Of a DNA stretch of 64,000 bases, positions 18,175 through 28,500 are shown one piece after another. The notes below the pieces were generated by a model. The model worked only from the letters and a program-made list of their open reading frames with translations. It had not been told where the DNA came from and searched no databases. How positions within the stretch are numbered: the first letter of the stretch is position 1; the number at the start of each line of letters is the position of its first letter. Source of the stretch: an uncultured virus (IMG/VR IMGVR_UViG_3300022926_000008) (lineage: Duplodnaviria; Heunggongvirae; Uroviricota; Caudoviricetes); IMG/VR virus record IMGVR_UViG_3300022926_000008, one strand, 5' to 3'. The position numbers were made by a program, and so were the translations under genes.

Positions 18175-19524
18175 ATGACTATGTTTAAGGCACACTGGGA
18201 TACGGAAGGCGACGCTGTTCGTCTTTCAATGCCCTTCAGTAAAGTTGACGTTCAGAGACGTATTGTCTCTGGCTTTGCCACGCTTGATAACATTGACAAG
18301 CAAAACGATATCGTAACCACAGATGCCTCCATGAAGGCATTTTCTAAGTTTCGCGGGAACATACGCGAAATGCACCAGCCTTCTGCAGTAGGCAAGATGG
18401 TCTCCTTCAAAGAGGACAAGTATTTTGATCCCGAGACCAAGAAATTCTACTCTGGTGTCTATGTTTCCGCGTACATTTCTAAAGGTGCTCAGAACACTTG
18501 GGAGAAGGTAATTGACGGAACTTACACAGGTTTCTCAATTGGTGGTAGAATGAATAAGTGGGACGACGCATACGATGAGAAAGCAGATCTGCAGATTAGG
18601 GTAATTAAAGAATACGACCTAGTAGAGCTATCCCTTGTGGATAATCCAGCTAATCAGTTTGCCAGCATTCTTTCTGTAGAAAAGGTAGACGGCGTTGACG
18701 TTCTTAAGGGAGAGTCTATGGAAGCAGAGATTGAAAACGTTTTCTGGGATGCAGATAACGGACTAGTAATGCTATCCTCCGATGAAGAAGTTGTTAGCCC
18801 AACAACTGGAGTGAGCATGAAGAACATTGGTTTTGTTGAAAAGAATGATGAAGATAAGAAAGATTTAATAAAGTTCTTGGTTGATAGTGCTAAAGGCATT
18901 GGAACTGAGATAACAAAGGAGGTTAGTCCTATGACTGATGAAACCACAGAACTCGTTGACGTTGTTGACGAGGTAGTAGAAAAATCAGATGAGGTCGCTC
19001 CAGAGGCAGATGCCGCAGCTGAAAGCGAAGTTGCCGTCGAAACCAAGGCCGATGAAGAGGTTGAGGTAGAGAAGGCCGACGATGCTGAAGCAGAGGTCGA
19101 GGTCGAAGAGGCCGAGGCTACTGATGAGGCCGAAGCAGTCGAAAAGGCTGACGAGGTTGTCGAAGAGGCTGCTGAGGTGTCGAAGTCAGATGACGTTGCT
19201 GTTGATGCAGTTGCCGAAATCAAAGACACAATTACATCAGCCTTTAGCGATCTTGCAGATACCGTTAAGGCACTACATGCCGAGGTAGATGCACTAAAGA
19301 AATCAATTACTGGCGTATCCGAGGAAGTTTCTGCAGCCAAGCAGGAAATTTCAGAAACAAAGGGCCAGTTTGATGAGTTTGGAAAGAGGGTAGATGCTGT
19401 AGAGCAAGATACCGCTTTCCGCAAATCTGGCGATCTTGGCGAGATCGTGCAGGAACAACCTGAATTGGTTGAAAAATCCCTATGGGGCGGTCGTTTCCTC
19501 AAAACTGCCGACTTATTTAAATAA
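18175..19524 (+). CDS. Prohead protease fused to scaffold
   Basis: RIVSGFATLDNIDKQND, IREMHQ, GFSIGG, ELSLVDNPAN, followed by an acidic coiled-coil C-terminus. Confidence 0.85.
   Translation: MTMFKAHWDTEGDAVRLSMPFSKVDVQRRIVSGFATLDNIDKQNDIVTTDASMKAFSKFRGNIREMHQPSAVGKMVSFKEDKYFDPETKKFYSGVYVSAYISKGAQNTWEKVIDGTYTGFSIGGRMNKWDDAYDEKADLQIRVIKEYDLVELSLVDNPANQFASILSVEKVDGVDVLKGESMEAEIENVFWDADNGLVMLSSDEEVVSPTTGVSMKNIGFVEKNDEDKKDLIKFLVDSAKGIGTEITKEVSPMTDETTELVDVVDEVVEKSDEVAPEADAAAESEVAVETKADEEVEVEKADDAEAEVEVEEAEATDEAEAVEKADEVVEEAAEVSKSDDVAVDAVAEIKDTITSAFSDLADTVKALHAEVDALKKSITGVSEEVSAAKQEISETKGQFDEFGKRVDAVEQDTAFRKSGDLGEIVQEQPELVEKSLWGGRFLKTADLFK
18931..19524 (+). CDS. Probable nested in-frame scaffolding protein
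   Basis: AAGGAGGT RBS at 18916-18923 precedes in-frame ATG 18931, at the start of the acidic region. Confidence 0.6.
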   Translation: MTDETTELVDVVDEVVEKSDEVAPEADAAAESEVAVETKADEEVEVEKADDAEAEVEVEEAEATDEAEAVEKADEVVEEAAEVSKSDDVAVDAVAEIKDTITSAFSDLADTVKALHAEVDALKKSITGVSEEVSAAKQEISETKGQFDEFGKRVDAVEQDTAFRKSGDLGEIVQEQPELVEKSLWGGRFLKTADLFK

Positions 19525-19548
19525 GTAAAATCACTTAGGAGGTGACAT

Positions 19549-20679
19549 ATGTCGGAAGAGATCAAGAAAAACCAGCCTGGTGAGGCTGGTGAGCTTGGTG
19601 GCACCACTCCAGGTAACTTCCAAGCACAAGGTGCATTTGCATCTGGTGGAATTGGAGGAGTAACTGACCCTGGTGCTGACACACTTGGTAACATTCCTAA
19701 CGCCGAGTTCGGTGTAACTACTGGTCCAAACGCAGTTAACCCTTCGGGTGATGCGGCTAGTGGTATTCTCCGTCCCGAGCAAGCACGTCGTTTTATTGAC
19801 TACGTGTGGGATGGCACAGTTCTCGCCAAGGATGGTCGTCGCGTAACTATGCGTGCAAACTCAATGGAACTTGAAAAAGTTAACGTTGGTGAGCGTGTAA
19901 TTCGTGCGGCTGCACAGGGTATTGGTAACTATAACAATACTGGAGCAACTTTCAGCAAGGTCGAATTGACTACAAAGAAGATTCGTCTCGACTGGGAGGT
20001 CTCAGCTGAGGCCCTAGAAGATGGTGTCGAGGGTGCTGCCCTTGAAGACCACCTAGTACGCCTAATGACCAATGCATTCGCTAATGACATTGAGGACCTA
20101 GCCATTAATGGCGATGGTTCTACTGGAGACTTCTTGTCCATCATGGACGGATTCGTCAACAGAGTCAAGACAAACGGTGACGCACACGAGTACGTTACTA
20201 CTGTCACAGACAACGCCTGGACTACAGAGGTTATGCAGGGACTGCTCCTTGCTATGCCACGTAAGTACCGTGCACTTAAGAATAACCTTAAGTTCTACGC
20301 TGGTACTGATGCATTCCAGGGCATTGTAAAGAACAACGGTACACTTGCTGACGCTATTGCTGAGGCATTTGCTGGTACACCAGCTGGAACCGAGCGTAAC
20401 CGTCAGGCTTACCTTGACGGACAGGCCCAGACTCTGGGTACTGCACGTTCAACTCGCGTTCTGGGTATCGAAGTTCAGGAAGTACCTTACTACCCAGCTG
20501 GATATGTAGACCTTACATTCCCAGCTAACCGTGTATGGGGCTTCCAGCGTGACATCACAGTAAACCGTGAGTACGTTGCTAAGAAGGACACCATTGAGTA
20601 CACCGTATTCGTACGTTTCGGTATTCAGTGGGAGGAAGAGGATGCTGTATCATACGCTGACGCAGCAGCTGACTCCTAA
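19549..20679 (+). CDS. Major capsid protein
   Basis: AGGAGGTG RBS; GILRPEQARRFID, VELTTKKIRLDWEVSAEALED, DIEDLAINGD; followed by a strong terminator. Confidence 0.9.
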   Translation: MSEEIKKNQPGEAGELGGTTPGNFQAQGAFASGGIGGVTDPGADTLGNIPNAEFGVTTGPNAVNPSGDAASGILRPEQARRFIDYVWDGTVLAKDGRRVTMRANSMELEKVNVGERVIRAAAQGIGNYNNTGATFSKVELTTKKIRLDWEVSAEALEDGVEGAALEDHLVRLMTNAFANDIEDLAINGDGSTGDFLSIMDGFVNRVKTNGDAHEYVTTVTDNAWTTEVMQGLLLAMPRKYRALKNNLKFYAGTDAFQGIVKNNGTLADAIAEAFAGTPAGTERNRQAYLDGQAQTLGTARSTRVLGIEVQEVPYYPAGYVDLTFPANRVWGFQRDITVNREYVAKKDTIEYTVFVRFGIQWEEEDAVSYADAAADS

Positions 20680-20700
20680 TCCATAGTCAACCATAAATGA

Positions 20701-20733
20701 GGGGCAGGGACTTCGGTCCCTGCCCTTTATTTT
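20701..20733 (+). terminator. Intrinsic terminator with cUUCGg tetraloop
   Basis: GGGCAGGGAC-TTCG-GTCCCTGCCC-TTTATTTT. Confidence 0.92.
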
Positions 20734-20774
20734 ATTGTTTTAATCTGGTATAATATTAGATAGGAGGCACAAGC

Positions 20775-21122
20775 ATGTCAAACACAAAAAAGAAGACAAG
20801 CACGGCAAAAGAAGGCATTATTGCTTCGCCAGAACCAAAGGCGGCAGCAAAGAAAAAGCCAACTACTGCTAAGAAGCAGCTGTCTGATGATATTATTGGA
20901 TCTAACATTCCAGTAACTGCACCAAAAGAAACATCAGCACCAGCAGCTCAGAGAAAGGCTACTGTAGCTATTCACTCAACCAAGAATGTAGTTTGGGAAG
21001 GTGTTGGCAAGGTAGAAAAGGGGTACAACATTGTGACGAAGGCTCAGGCAGATAAATGGGTAACGAGATCACACATTCGTCTAGCAACGCCAGAAGAAGT
21101 GGCAAGAGAATACGGAGCATAA
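20775..21122 (+). CDS. Hypothetical Lys/Ala-rich protein
   Basis: TGGTATAAT at 20746 and AGGAGG RBS. Confidence 0.6.
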   Translation: MSNTKKKTSTAKEGIIASPEPKAAAKKKPTTAKKQLSDDIIGSNIPVTAPKETSAPAAQRKATVAIHSTKNVVWEGVGKVEKGYNIVTKAQADKWVTRSHIRLATPEEVAREYGA

Positions 21123-21123
21123 A

Positions 21124-22002
21124 ATGGAAATAGCCAGAGTCCCTCACACCGTACCAACAACTACGGTTGCAGTGACATCCCCAAATACAGAGTATGAGTA
21201 CAAGATTGTAGATCTTTCCGACCACTCTGTGAGGACTGGCTCAGAAACCTCTGATGCAGACGGTAACCTTACTTTAGACTTTCCTACAAGATACGACGGC
21301 TCATATGAAGTCACTGTAGATGGTCAAGAGTATAACTTCGATGTTGTCAGGCCCTATGTGGATGCTACGTCAAAATTTAGCGTGGCATCTGAAATTGAAG
21401 AATATGCACGTAATGAAGAAATTGCTAGAGCAATTATTGATTCTGTTATTACAGAAGGTTTTTATTACAAGAAAAAGCTGGTACAAAGAGTTGGCCTTGG
21501 ATCAGACTACTTGCCAATCTGGGACGATGCAAAAAAGCTACTAAAGCTTTATGAGAATAATGTCCTAGTCTTTGATGCAGAAAACCCAGACTCGTACAGC
21601 CCAAAGTATAGAATTTCTGGAGATAAAACAGCAATTATGATGGACTACTCTGAAGAGGTAAACTTTGCAGAGCAGAAGCCAAATATTTTGCCACAGGCAG
21701 AGTCCGACCTGCTAGATATGACTTTTGGGTATCACGGTTTCCCACAAGGATTCGATTACTCTGTCTTGCTAGAAGTAGGATACCCAGCGATACCATCTGA
21801 CATTGTTAGAGCAACAGAGCTTATCGTAGAAGATATTTCCTGCGGAAGGCTAGAGTATTACAGCAGGTATATCACAGACTATAATACTGATCAGTTTAAG
21901 ATTAAGTTTTCAAGAGAAATGTTTGAGGGGACAGGGAACATTATTGTAGATAAAATACTTTCCAAGTATTACAAGTCTATAAGAACTATTGAGGTGTTGT
22001 AA
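21124..22002 (+). CDS. Putative head-tail adaptor
   Basis: Position after the capsid gene; EEIARAIIDS...GYPAIPSDIVRAT resembles adaptor proteins. Confidence 0.55.
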   Translation: MEIARVPHTVPTTTVAVTSPNTEYEYKIVDLSDHSVRTGSETSDADGNLTLDFPTRYDGSYEVTVDGQEYNFDVVRPYVDATSKFSVASEIEEYARNEEIARAIIDSVITEGFYYKKKLVQRVGLGSDYLPIWDDAKKLLKLYENNVLVFDAENPDSYSPKYRISGDKTAIMMDYSEEVNFAEQKPNILPQAESDLLDMTFGYHGFPQGFDYSVLLEVGYPAIPSDIVRATELIVEDISCGRLEYYSRYITDYNTDQFKIKFSREMFEGTGNIIVDKILSKYYKSIRTIEVL

Positions 22003-22448
22003 TGGAATGCGATGCAAACGACTTCATGTTTCCAATGCAAGCAGAGGTGTTTTACCCAGACGTAGAGCAGTCTGCATATGGTAACGTTACCAAAACTTGG
22101 AAGCTAGATCGTAAGTTTGCTTGCAGCTTTGCACCAGCTGGCACAGCAATTAAAGAAGAAGTTAACCCCAACGTAGATATTAGCCAAGACTCATTGCTAC
22201 TGGGTAGGGCTAGGCAGGACCTTAGAATCTCTTCTTTGAATGAGCAAAACTCTGTAACTAACGTGGTAATCTCAAACATTACAGACAGTGCTGGTAATGA
22301 GATTTATATAGAGACTGCTGGGCCACGTAAAGGAAAGTCGACCATCTTTGAAATTGCAACTATACAGCCATTCAGCAACCCATTTGGAAAGATTGAGTAC
22401 TACAAGGTTATTTTAAGAAGATCAGAGAATCAGGGGACAACGGTATAA
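22002..22448 (+). CDS. Putative head closure protein
   Basis: Size and gene order; QSAYGNVTKTW. Confidence 0.5.
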   Translation: MECDANDFMFPMQAEVFYPDVEQSAYGNVTKTWKLDRKFACSFAPAGTAIKEEVNPNVDISQDSLLLGRARQDLRISSLNEQNSVTNVVISNITDSAGNEIYIETAGPRKGKSTIFEIATIQPFSNPFGKIEYYKVILRRSENQGTTV

Positions 22449-23122
22449 TGATTGCCCCAAGGATTAATGACAAACAGTTTATGAAGGAAATGAATAACCT
22501 TATGAACTACTCTGTTGGCTTTCTAGAAGGAGCAAAGCGGGGCAAGGTTGAGCTGCTCAAAGAAGTTGGCATTAAGACCAAGGAAATTCTTGAGCAATAC
22601 TTGGATGCGAGTGCTAGGGTAAGCCCAGATCTTTTACACCACGTCTATGAATGGTACCAAACTGGTAGCCCAGAGGCTAGGCTTTTTGATATCAATTACA
22701 GTGCTGCTGCAGGATCCCTGTCTATGAATGCAACCTTTAGGCAGTCTACTACTGTAAAGAACGGATCAAAGGTGCCGTTTTATAATAAAGCTACCGTAAT
22801 GGAAAGAGGCATTTCCGTGACAGTGTCTCCAAGATCATCTGAGGTGCTAGTCTTTGAAGACAACGGAGAACAGGTTTTTACTAGGCAGCCCGTAACTATT
22901 GAAAACCCTGGAGGTAAGCAAGTTGTCGGAGCCTTTGAAAAAGTTTTCCGAGAGTTTTTCGAAAGATATTTTACGCAATCATTTATGGTAACTAGTGGCC
23001 TAGACCAGAGAATAAGAAACACTACTGCATTTGTCCAAGGATTTGGCAGGGGCAAGTCTCTGGGTAAGGCATATGGTAATCAAGTTGGCTACCGCTGGAT
23101 TGCTGGAAAGGTTGGTATGTAA
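22448..23122 (+). CDS. Putative neck / tail completion protein
   Basis: Gene order only. Confidence 0.4.
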   Translation: MIAPRINDKQFMKEMNNLMNYSVGFLEGAKRGKVELLKEVGIKTKEILEQYLDASARVSPDLLHHVYEWYQTGSPEARLFDINYSAAAGSLSMNATFRQSTTVKNGSKVPFYNKATVMERGISVTVSPRSSEVLVFEDNGEQVFTRQPVTIENPGGKQVVGAFEKVFREFFERYFTQSFMVTSGLDQRIRNTTAFVQGFGRGKSLGKAYGNQVGYRWIAGKVGM

Positions 23123-23685
23123 TGACTGCTATTCACGCACCACAGGTTTTTATTAATCACTATCTGCAGGATAAGATTGGTCTGTATCTTAACTTTAATA
23201 TGCCTTTCATTCCTACATCACCAACAAACATCGATGACCTGACGGAACAATTCCCAGATGGTGCTTTTGCCGTATACGACCGCATGTTTAAAATGCGTAG
23301 AAAACCTTTTCCACATATTAAGTGTGAGCAAATTATGTATTACCTTTATAGGACTAGTGATAACATTGCAGACTTATACAGAACCCAGCAGCTCACTCAA
23401 GACCTCTTGGACAGAGGGGACGAGTCTGCACAGGATCTTAATGCTTGGATTTATGATAAGTGGGTAGAGGGAGGCAAGATTCAGGAGACAGGCGTTGACA
23501 TTGTTACTGGATTAGAAGAAACACATGATGTGGTTAAATTTGCTGGAGAATCATTTTTGCTACCATATTTTCATGAAATTAAGATTTTTCAGCTAGAAGA
23601 GTCCAGAGACATTATCGATTTTGGAACAGCTAGAACCTGGGCTGGCAATAAGATCATTATTGACTACGAATGGCATTCTTCGTAA
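23122..23685 (+). CDS. Putative tail terminator
   Basis: Gene order: immediately before the tail tube gene. Confidence 0.4.
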   Translation: MTAIHAPQVFINHYLQDKIGLYLNFNMPFIPTSPTNIDDLTEQFPDGAFAVYDRMFKMRRKPFPHIKCEQIMYYLYRTSDNIADLYRTQQLTQDLLDRGDESAQDLNAWIYDKWVEGGKIQETGVDIVTGLEETHDVVKFAGESFLLPYFHEIKIFQLEESRDIIDFGTARTWAGNKIIIDYEWHSS

Positions 23686-23762
23686 AGTTATAAAAAGCTA
23701 GTATAATTGTAACTGAGGAAACGAAGCCTGCTAATTTCTTAAGAAAGAAGAGGTGAAACAAT

Positions 23763-24398
23763 ATGGCATACACACGTGGTACAAGTGCTAACATTATCGT
23801 TGGTGCTGCAGCTCTGTTCACATACGAACAGGGTGAGCTTAGTGATGTAGACCTTCCAGATTACGTTGACAACGTATCATTTAGAGACACTCTAAGCGAT
23901 ACCTCGTCATTCCGTAATGTTGGATACACGATGAATGGTTTGGAAGTTGTATTCCAGCCAGACTTCGGTGAAGTACAGGTAGACCAGGTTCTTGACGTAG
24001 CCAAGCTTTATAAGCAGGGCATGCAGGTTAACCTAAACACCGCATTTGCCGAGGCCACACTCGAAAACCTATTGTTCGCTATTGCTGGTACTGACTCAGA
24101 CCTAACTTCTGTAGACGGAAACGACACTCTAAACATGTCCGCTGGTGACATTGGTGAGTGCCCCGTCGAGCGTGGTTTGGTTGCAGTTGGTCCTGGTACT
24201 GGTGACTGTGCAATTGGTGACGAGATCGAACGTGTCTACGTTGCATACCGTGCTCTTTCCATTGAGAATGTTACCGTTTCTGCAAAGCGTGACGAGCCTT
24301 CGATGTTCGAGGTCTCCTTCCGTCTTCTGCCAAACGACGTAGCATCTTATGGTAAGATTGTAGACCGCATTATTCCAGCTGGCGGACTTTCCAGCTAG
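23763..24398 (+). CDS. Major tail (tube) protein
   Basis: NIIVGAA, VGYTMNG, EVQVDQ, AEATLENL, FEVSFRLL; GAGGTG RBS; terminator downstream. Confidence 0.8.
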   Translation: MAYTRGTSANIIVGAAALFTYEQGELSDVDLPDYVDNVSFRDTLSDTSSFRNVGYTMNGLEVVFQPDFGEVQVDQVLDVAKLYKQGMQVNLNTAFAEATLENLLFAIAGTDSDLTSVDGNDTLNMSAGDIGECPVERGLVAVGPGTGDCAIGDEIERVYVAYRALSIENVTVSAKRDEPSMFEVSFRLLPNDVASYGKIVDRIIPAGGLSS

Positions 24399-24409
24399 GT
24401 TTAATCCAA

Positions 24410-24451
24410 AGTAAAGCCCAGGAGATATTTACTCCTGGGCTTTACTCTTTT
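24410..24451 (+). terminator. Intrinsic terminator
   Basis: agtaaagcccaggag-atattta-ctcctgggctttact 15-bp stem followed by T-rich sequence. Confidence 0.88.
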
Positions 24452-24465
24452 GGTATACTTATTAG

Positions 24466-25161
24466 ATGGCAACTACAGTTTACGATGCGGGGTATATTAA
24501 ACTCGTTGACGGCACAGAAATATATATAAAGCCACTAAAGATAAAATACCTGAGGGAGTTCATGTCCGCCTTTGAACTGTTAGACATTTCTAAAAACGAT
24601 GAAGACTCTATAAATATTCTTTCATACTGTGCAATGATAGCTCTTAAATCACAGTACCCTCTAATACAAACAATCGAAGAGTTCGAAGATCAAGTAGATA
24701 TGCCAAACGTTTATAAAATTTTAGATCTTGCTGCAGGAATTAAAATTAATGAAAAATCAGAGGATTCTGTTAAAAAACAAGCAGAAGATAGTAAGGCTAG
24801 CACCTGGGATGAGCTAGACCTAGCTGAGCTAGAGGCAGAGTTATTTTTATTGGGCATTTGGAAAGACTACGAAGATCTAGAAACATCATTATCTATGCCA
24901 GAATTAGTTGCAACATTATCTTCTAAAAGAGATTTAGACTATCAAGAAAAGAAATTCTTAGCTGCAATTCAGGGGGTAGATTTAGATAAGCAATCTGGAA
25001 AGGCCTCACAGAACGAATGGGAGGCCATGAAAGCTAGAGTATTCAGCAAGGGCAAAACTTCCGATCCAAATGACATTACATCCTTCCAGGGTACGAAGGC
25101 CGCACAGGCTGGATTTGGCTTGGGAATGGGCCTAGGCTACGAGGATTTAACCAAAAAATAG
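24466..25161 (+). CDS. Tail assembly chaperone, long (GT-like) form
   Basis: N-terminal half paralogous to 25218..25529, plus an extra C-terminal domain; TGGTATACT + 6 nt + ATG. Confidence 0.65.
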   Translation: MATTVYDAGYIKLVDGTEIYIKPLKIKYLREFMSAFELLDISKNDEDSINILSYCAMIALKSQYPLIQTIEEFEDQVDMPNVYKILDLAAGIKINEKSEDSVKKQAEDSKASTWDELDLAELEAELFLLGIWKDYEDLETSLSMPELVATLSSKRDLDYQEKKFLAAIQGVDLDKQSGKASQNEWEAMKARVFSKGKTSDPNDITSFQGTKAAQAGFGLGMGLGYEDLTKK

Positions 25162-25217
25162 TATTGCATTGTGTTATAATTGAGATACCGTTTATATACG
25201 TATATGGAAGGAAATAA

Positions 25218-25529
25218 ATGGCTACTGTAAATGAAGAGAAGGAACTTACTCTCATTGATGGAACAAAGATTAGTGTGCGTCCCCTAAAGATTTCACTGCT
25301 TCGTCCATTTATGAAAAAGTTTGAGGGTATTGCTAACGTAGCGAATGACAACGACAAGTCTATGAACCTACTCATGGAATGTGTTCAAATTGCCATGCAG
25401 CAATACAACCCTGAGCTAGCAAAAGATGTCAAGGCATTGGAAGAGAATATTGATCTCCCCACTGTCTATAAAATTGTCGAGGAGGCTTCGGGCGTAAAGC
25501 TTGGTGAAGTCGCCAATCTTATGAACTAG
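25218..25529 (+). CDS. Tail assembly chaperone, short (G-like) form
   Basis: Between the tail tube and tape measure genes; LIDGTKISVRPLKI...IDLPTVYKIVE. Confidence 0.65.
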   Translation: MATVNEEKELTLIDGTKISVRPLKISLLRPFMKKFEGIANVANDNDKSMNLLMECVQIAMQQYNPELAKDVKALEENIDLPTVYKIVEEASGVKLGEVANLMN

Positions 25530-25551
25530 TTAACAAACAAGGAGTTTGTGG

Positions 25552-28500
25552 ATGGCTGATGCTCAGGCCAATATTGGCATAGGTATTGATACTACCCAAG
25601 CCCTCGCAGCTATTCGACAGCTGCAGCGAGAGATATCAGTCTTCCACACTCTCATGGCAAAGGGCGGTGCTAACGTCGCCGCCGAGTCCCTGCGAATGCG
25701 TCAGGGGCTTATAAATAATATTAATGAGACTGGCAAGTTTTCTGCCAGAATGACTCAGATCAGCTCCAGCACCGAGAGCTTTACAAACTCCCTTGAGAGA
25801 AATAAATTCTCAATGGGCCAGTACTTCAAGTACGCTGGGGCATCCACTAAGACTTTCGGAAAGCTTTTTACCAGAGAGTTTGACACAATTAATCGTGTTG
25901 CAACTGAAAGAGTAAAAGACCTACAAACACAATACATTAGCATGGGTAGAGATGCTAATGGTGCACTGCAAGCAATTAAAGTAAGACCACTCGCCCTTGA
26001 CATGGAGAGCTTGTCTACAAGAACTATGATGGCTGCTCAAAAGCAGCAGCTATTCAACCAGGTACTAAAGCAAGGTTCTACAAATCTTCTAAACTTTGGT
26101 AAGAACACCCAGTGGGCTGGTAGACAGCTTATGGTTGGTTTTACAATTCCACTAGCAATTTTTGGTACTGCTGCTGCTAGAGAATTCCAAAAGCTAGAAG
26201 AGCAAGCTATTAAGTTTAGACGTGTCTATGGTGACATGTTCACTACTACTGGTCAAACTGAAAGAGCACTAGAAAATGTTAGAGAGCTGGCCTCAGAGTT
26301 TACTAAGTATGGCATTGCCGTAGAAAAGACGGTTGGCTTGGCAGCTAGGGTAGCCCAGATGGGAAACATGGGTGATGCCCTAGATGCTCAGGTTCGTCAG
26401 GCTACAAGGCTTTCTGTTTTGGGCGGATTGGAGCAGGAAGAAGCACTAGACACCACAATCTCGCTAACTAATGCTTTTGGTGTTTCTGTAGATGAGCTGG
26501 CAGATAAAGTTAACTTTCTAAATGCTGCAGAAAACCAAACCATCCTATCCATTGAAGACTTTAACGAAGCTATTCCAAAAGCTGGTTCTGTTGTTAAAGC
26601 TTTGGGTGGAGACGTAGAAGACCTCGCCTTCTTCCTGACCGCCATGCGAGAAGGAGGCATCTCGGCTAGCCAAGGTGCTAACGCCCTGAAGTCGTCCCTC
26701 GGTCGCTTAATTAATCCGACTGAAGAGGCAAGGAAGAGGCTGGCAAATCTTGGAATTGATGTTGTTGGTATTGTAGAAGCAAATGCTGGCAATCTACGCG
26801 GAACAGTAATGGCTCTTGCCCAAGCTCTAGATACACTAGACCCACTACAAAAATCAAGAGCTATCGAACAGTTGTTCGGTAAGTTCCAGTTTGCGAGAAT
26901 GTCCACAATGTTTAACAACATTGTAGATAGTGGAAGCCAAGCAAACAAGGTGCTACAGCTAACTGGTAATTCAGTGCAAGAGCTTGGCATTCTAGCAGAT
27001 CGAGAAATGAGCAGGGTTGAAGACTCTGTAGCTTATAAGTTTAATAAGAGCCTAGAAGACTTCAAAGCAACCCTGGCACCTTTGGGAGAGGCATTCCTCA
27101 AAGCAGTTACCCCGCTGGTTGAGTTTGGAACTAAAATTCTTAATAAGTTTAACGAAATGGGCGATGGTGCCAAACAGTTCGTTGTAGTTATGGCAGCCGT
27201 TCTTGGTGCTATTGGTCCAGTAGCCCTGATGTCATTTGGTTTGTTAGCTAACGGTGTAGCAAACCTAATTAAGATGTTCGCCAACCTTGGCATATTTTAT
27301 CAAAGGATAACTGGTCAAAGCAAGGGGCTTGGGCTTTCTACAGAGTATATGACTCAACAGCAAATAGAAGCAGCCGCTGTTGCATCCTCACTTAATCAGT
27401 CACACGCAACCCTGATACAAACATTTAGTGCTGAGGCAACTGCCGTTGACAGGCTGACAGCAGCATATAGTAGAGCTGTTGCTGCTCAAAGAACTTTCCA
27501 GGGAAGTGCGGTAGCACGAGGTGGTGCTGGCGGAACCAAGAAGTATGCTGCAGGTGTTGTTTCGGTTCCAGGACCTAGAGGTGCTGGAGATGTTGTTCCA
27601 GCTATGCTTTCTCCAGGAGAAGCTGTTATTCCAGCAGACATGGCTAAGAGGTATGCCCCTGTAATTAACCAGATGATTAGTGGCAAGATTCCAGGGTACG
27701 AGCAAGGCCTAAAGGCTGAAGAAACAAAGGCTACTACAACTAGAGGACAAAGGCCAGCGACACCTGCAAGAGTTGCTGGATACACAAATGCTGTAATGTA
27801 CTTGCCTGGCAGAGAAAATCTAAGACTCAATAGTGGCGGAGCGGATGTCAAAGACCTCAGGTCAGCACTAGGATATCAGGGTGCAAATAAGCCTATGGCA
27901 GCTGGTAGTGCAGCGGCCCAGGCCCCAATGGTGGATAGTATTGCTAGAGCACTAGGTAAGACCTCTAACTCTAAACAAATTGCACAGCAAATTCAAAATA
28001 ACCCAGAGTTCAAGAAGTTCGCTAATAATGTTAATAAGGGCATTGCTCAGGCTTTGCCAAAATCTGGAAAGATTGCAGATCCCCAATTCCAAAAAATTGC
28101 TACAGCTGCAATTGATAAGGAGCTAAAGACTGGTGGGTATAGCAAAGAATTCCAAAAAGCTGGCCGCGGTGTTCTTACTCAGCAAACAATGTTCCAAGAC
28201 CCCACAAATAAGAGAATAAGGTCAAACGGCAAGCTAGATCTGCAGGGCAGGGGGCAGGTCAGGGCTGGTGTCCCAGGCTATAGAAGAAACTATACTTCTG
28301 CAATAACTGCTCTAGGTGGAAAGGCTCAAGCATTTGTTGGTCAGCATTTGAGCCACATGACTGGATCAAAGCAACTAGACCTATCTAAAGTTTCTAATCT
28401 TTCAAAAGAGGCATCTGATGCAAAAGCTAGACTTAAAAGCGGTGTTGATAGGGTAACTTATAAAGATACAGAAGGCAACAAGCGTTCTGTTACCGTAAAG

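Noticed and set aside
18654..19694. 346-aa Ser/Thr-rich minus-strand ORF
   Set aside because: Antisense shadow of the Glu/Ala/Val-rich scaffold and the capsid start.
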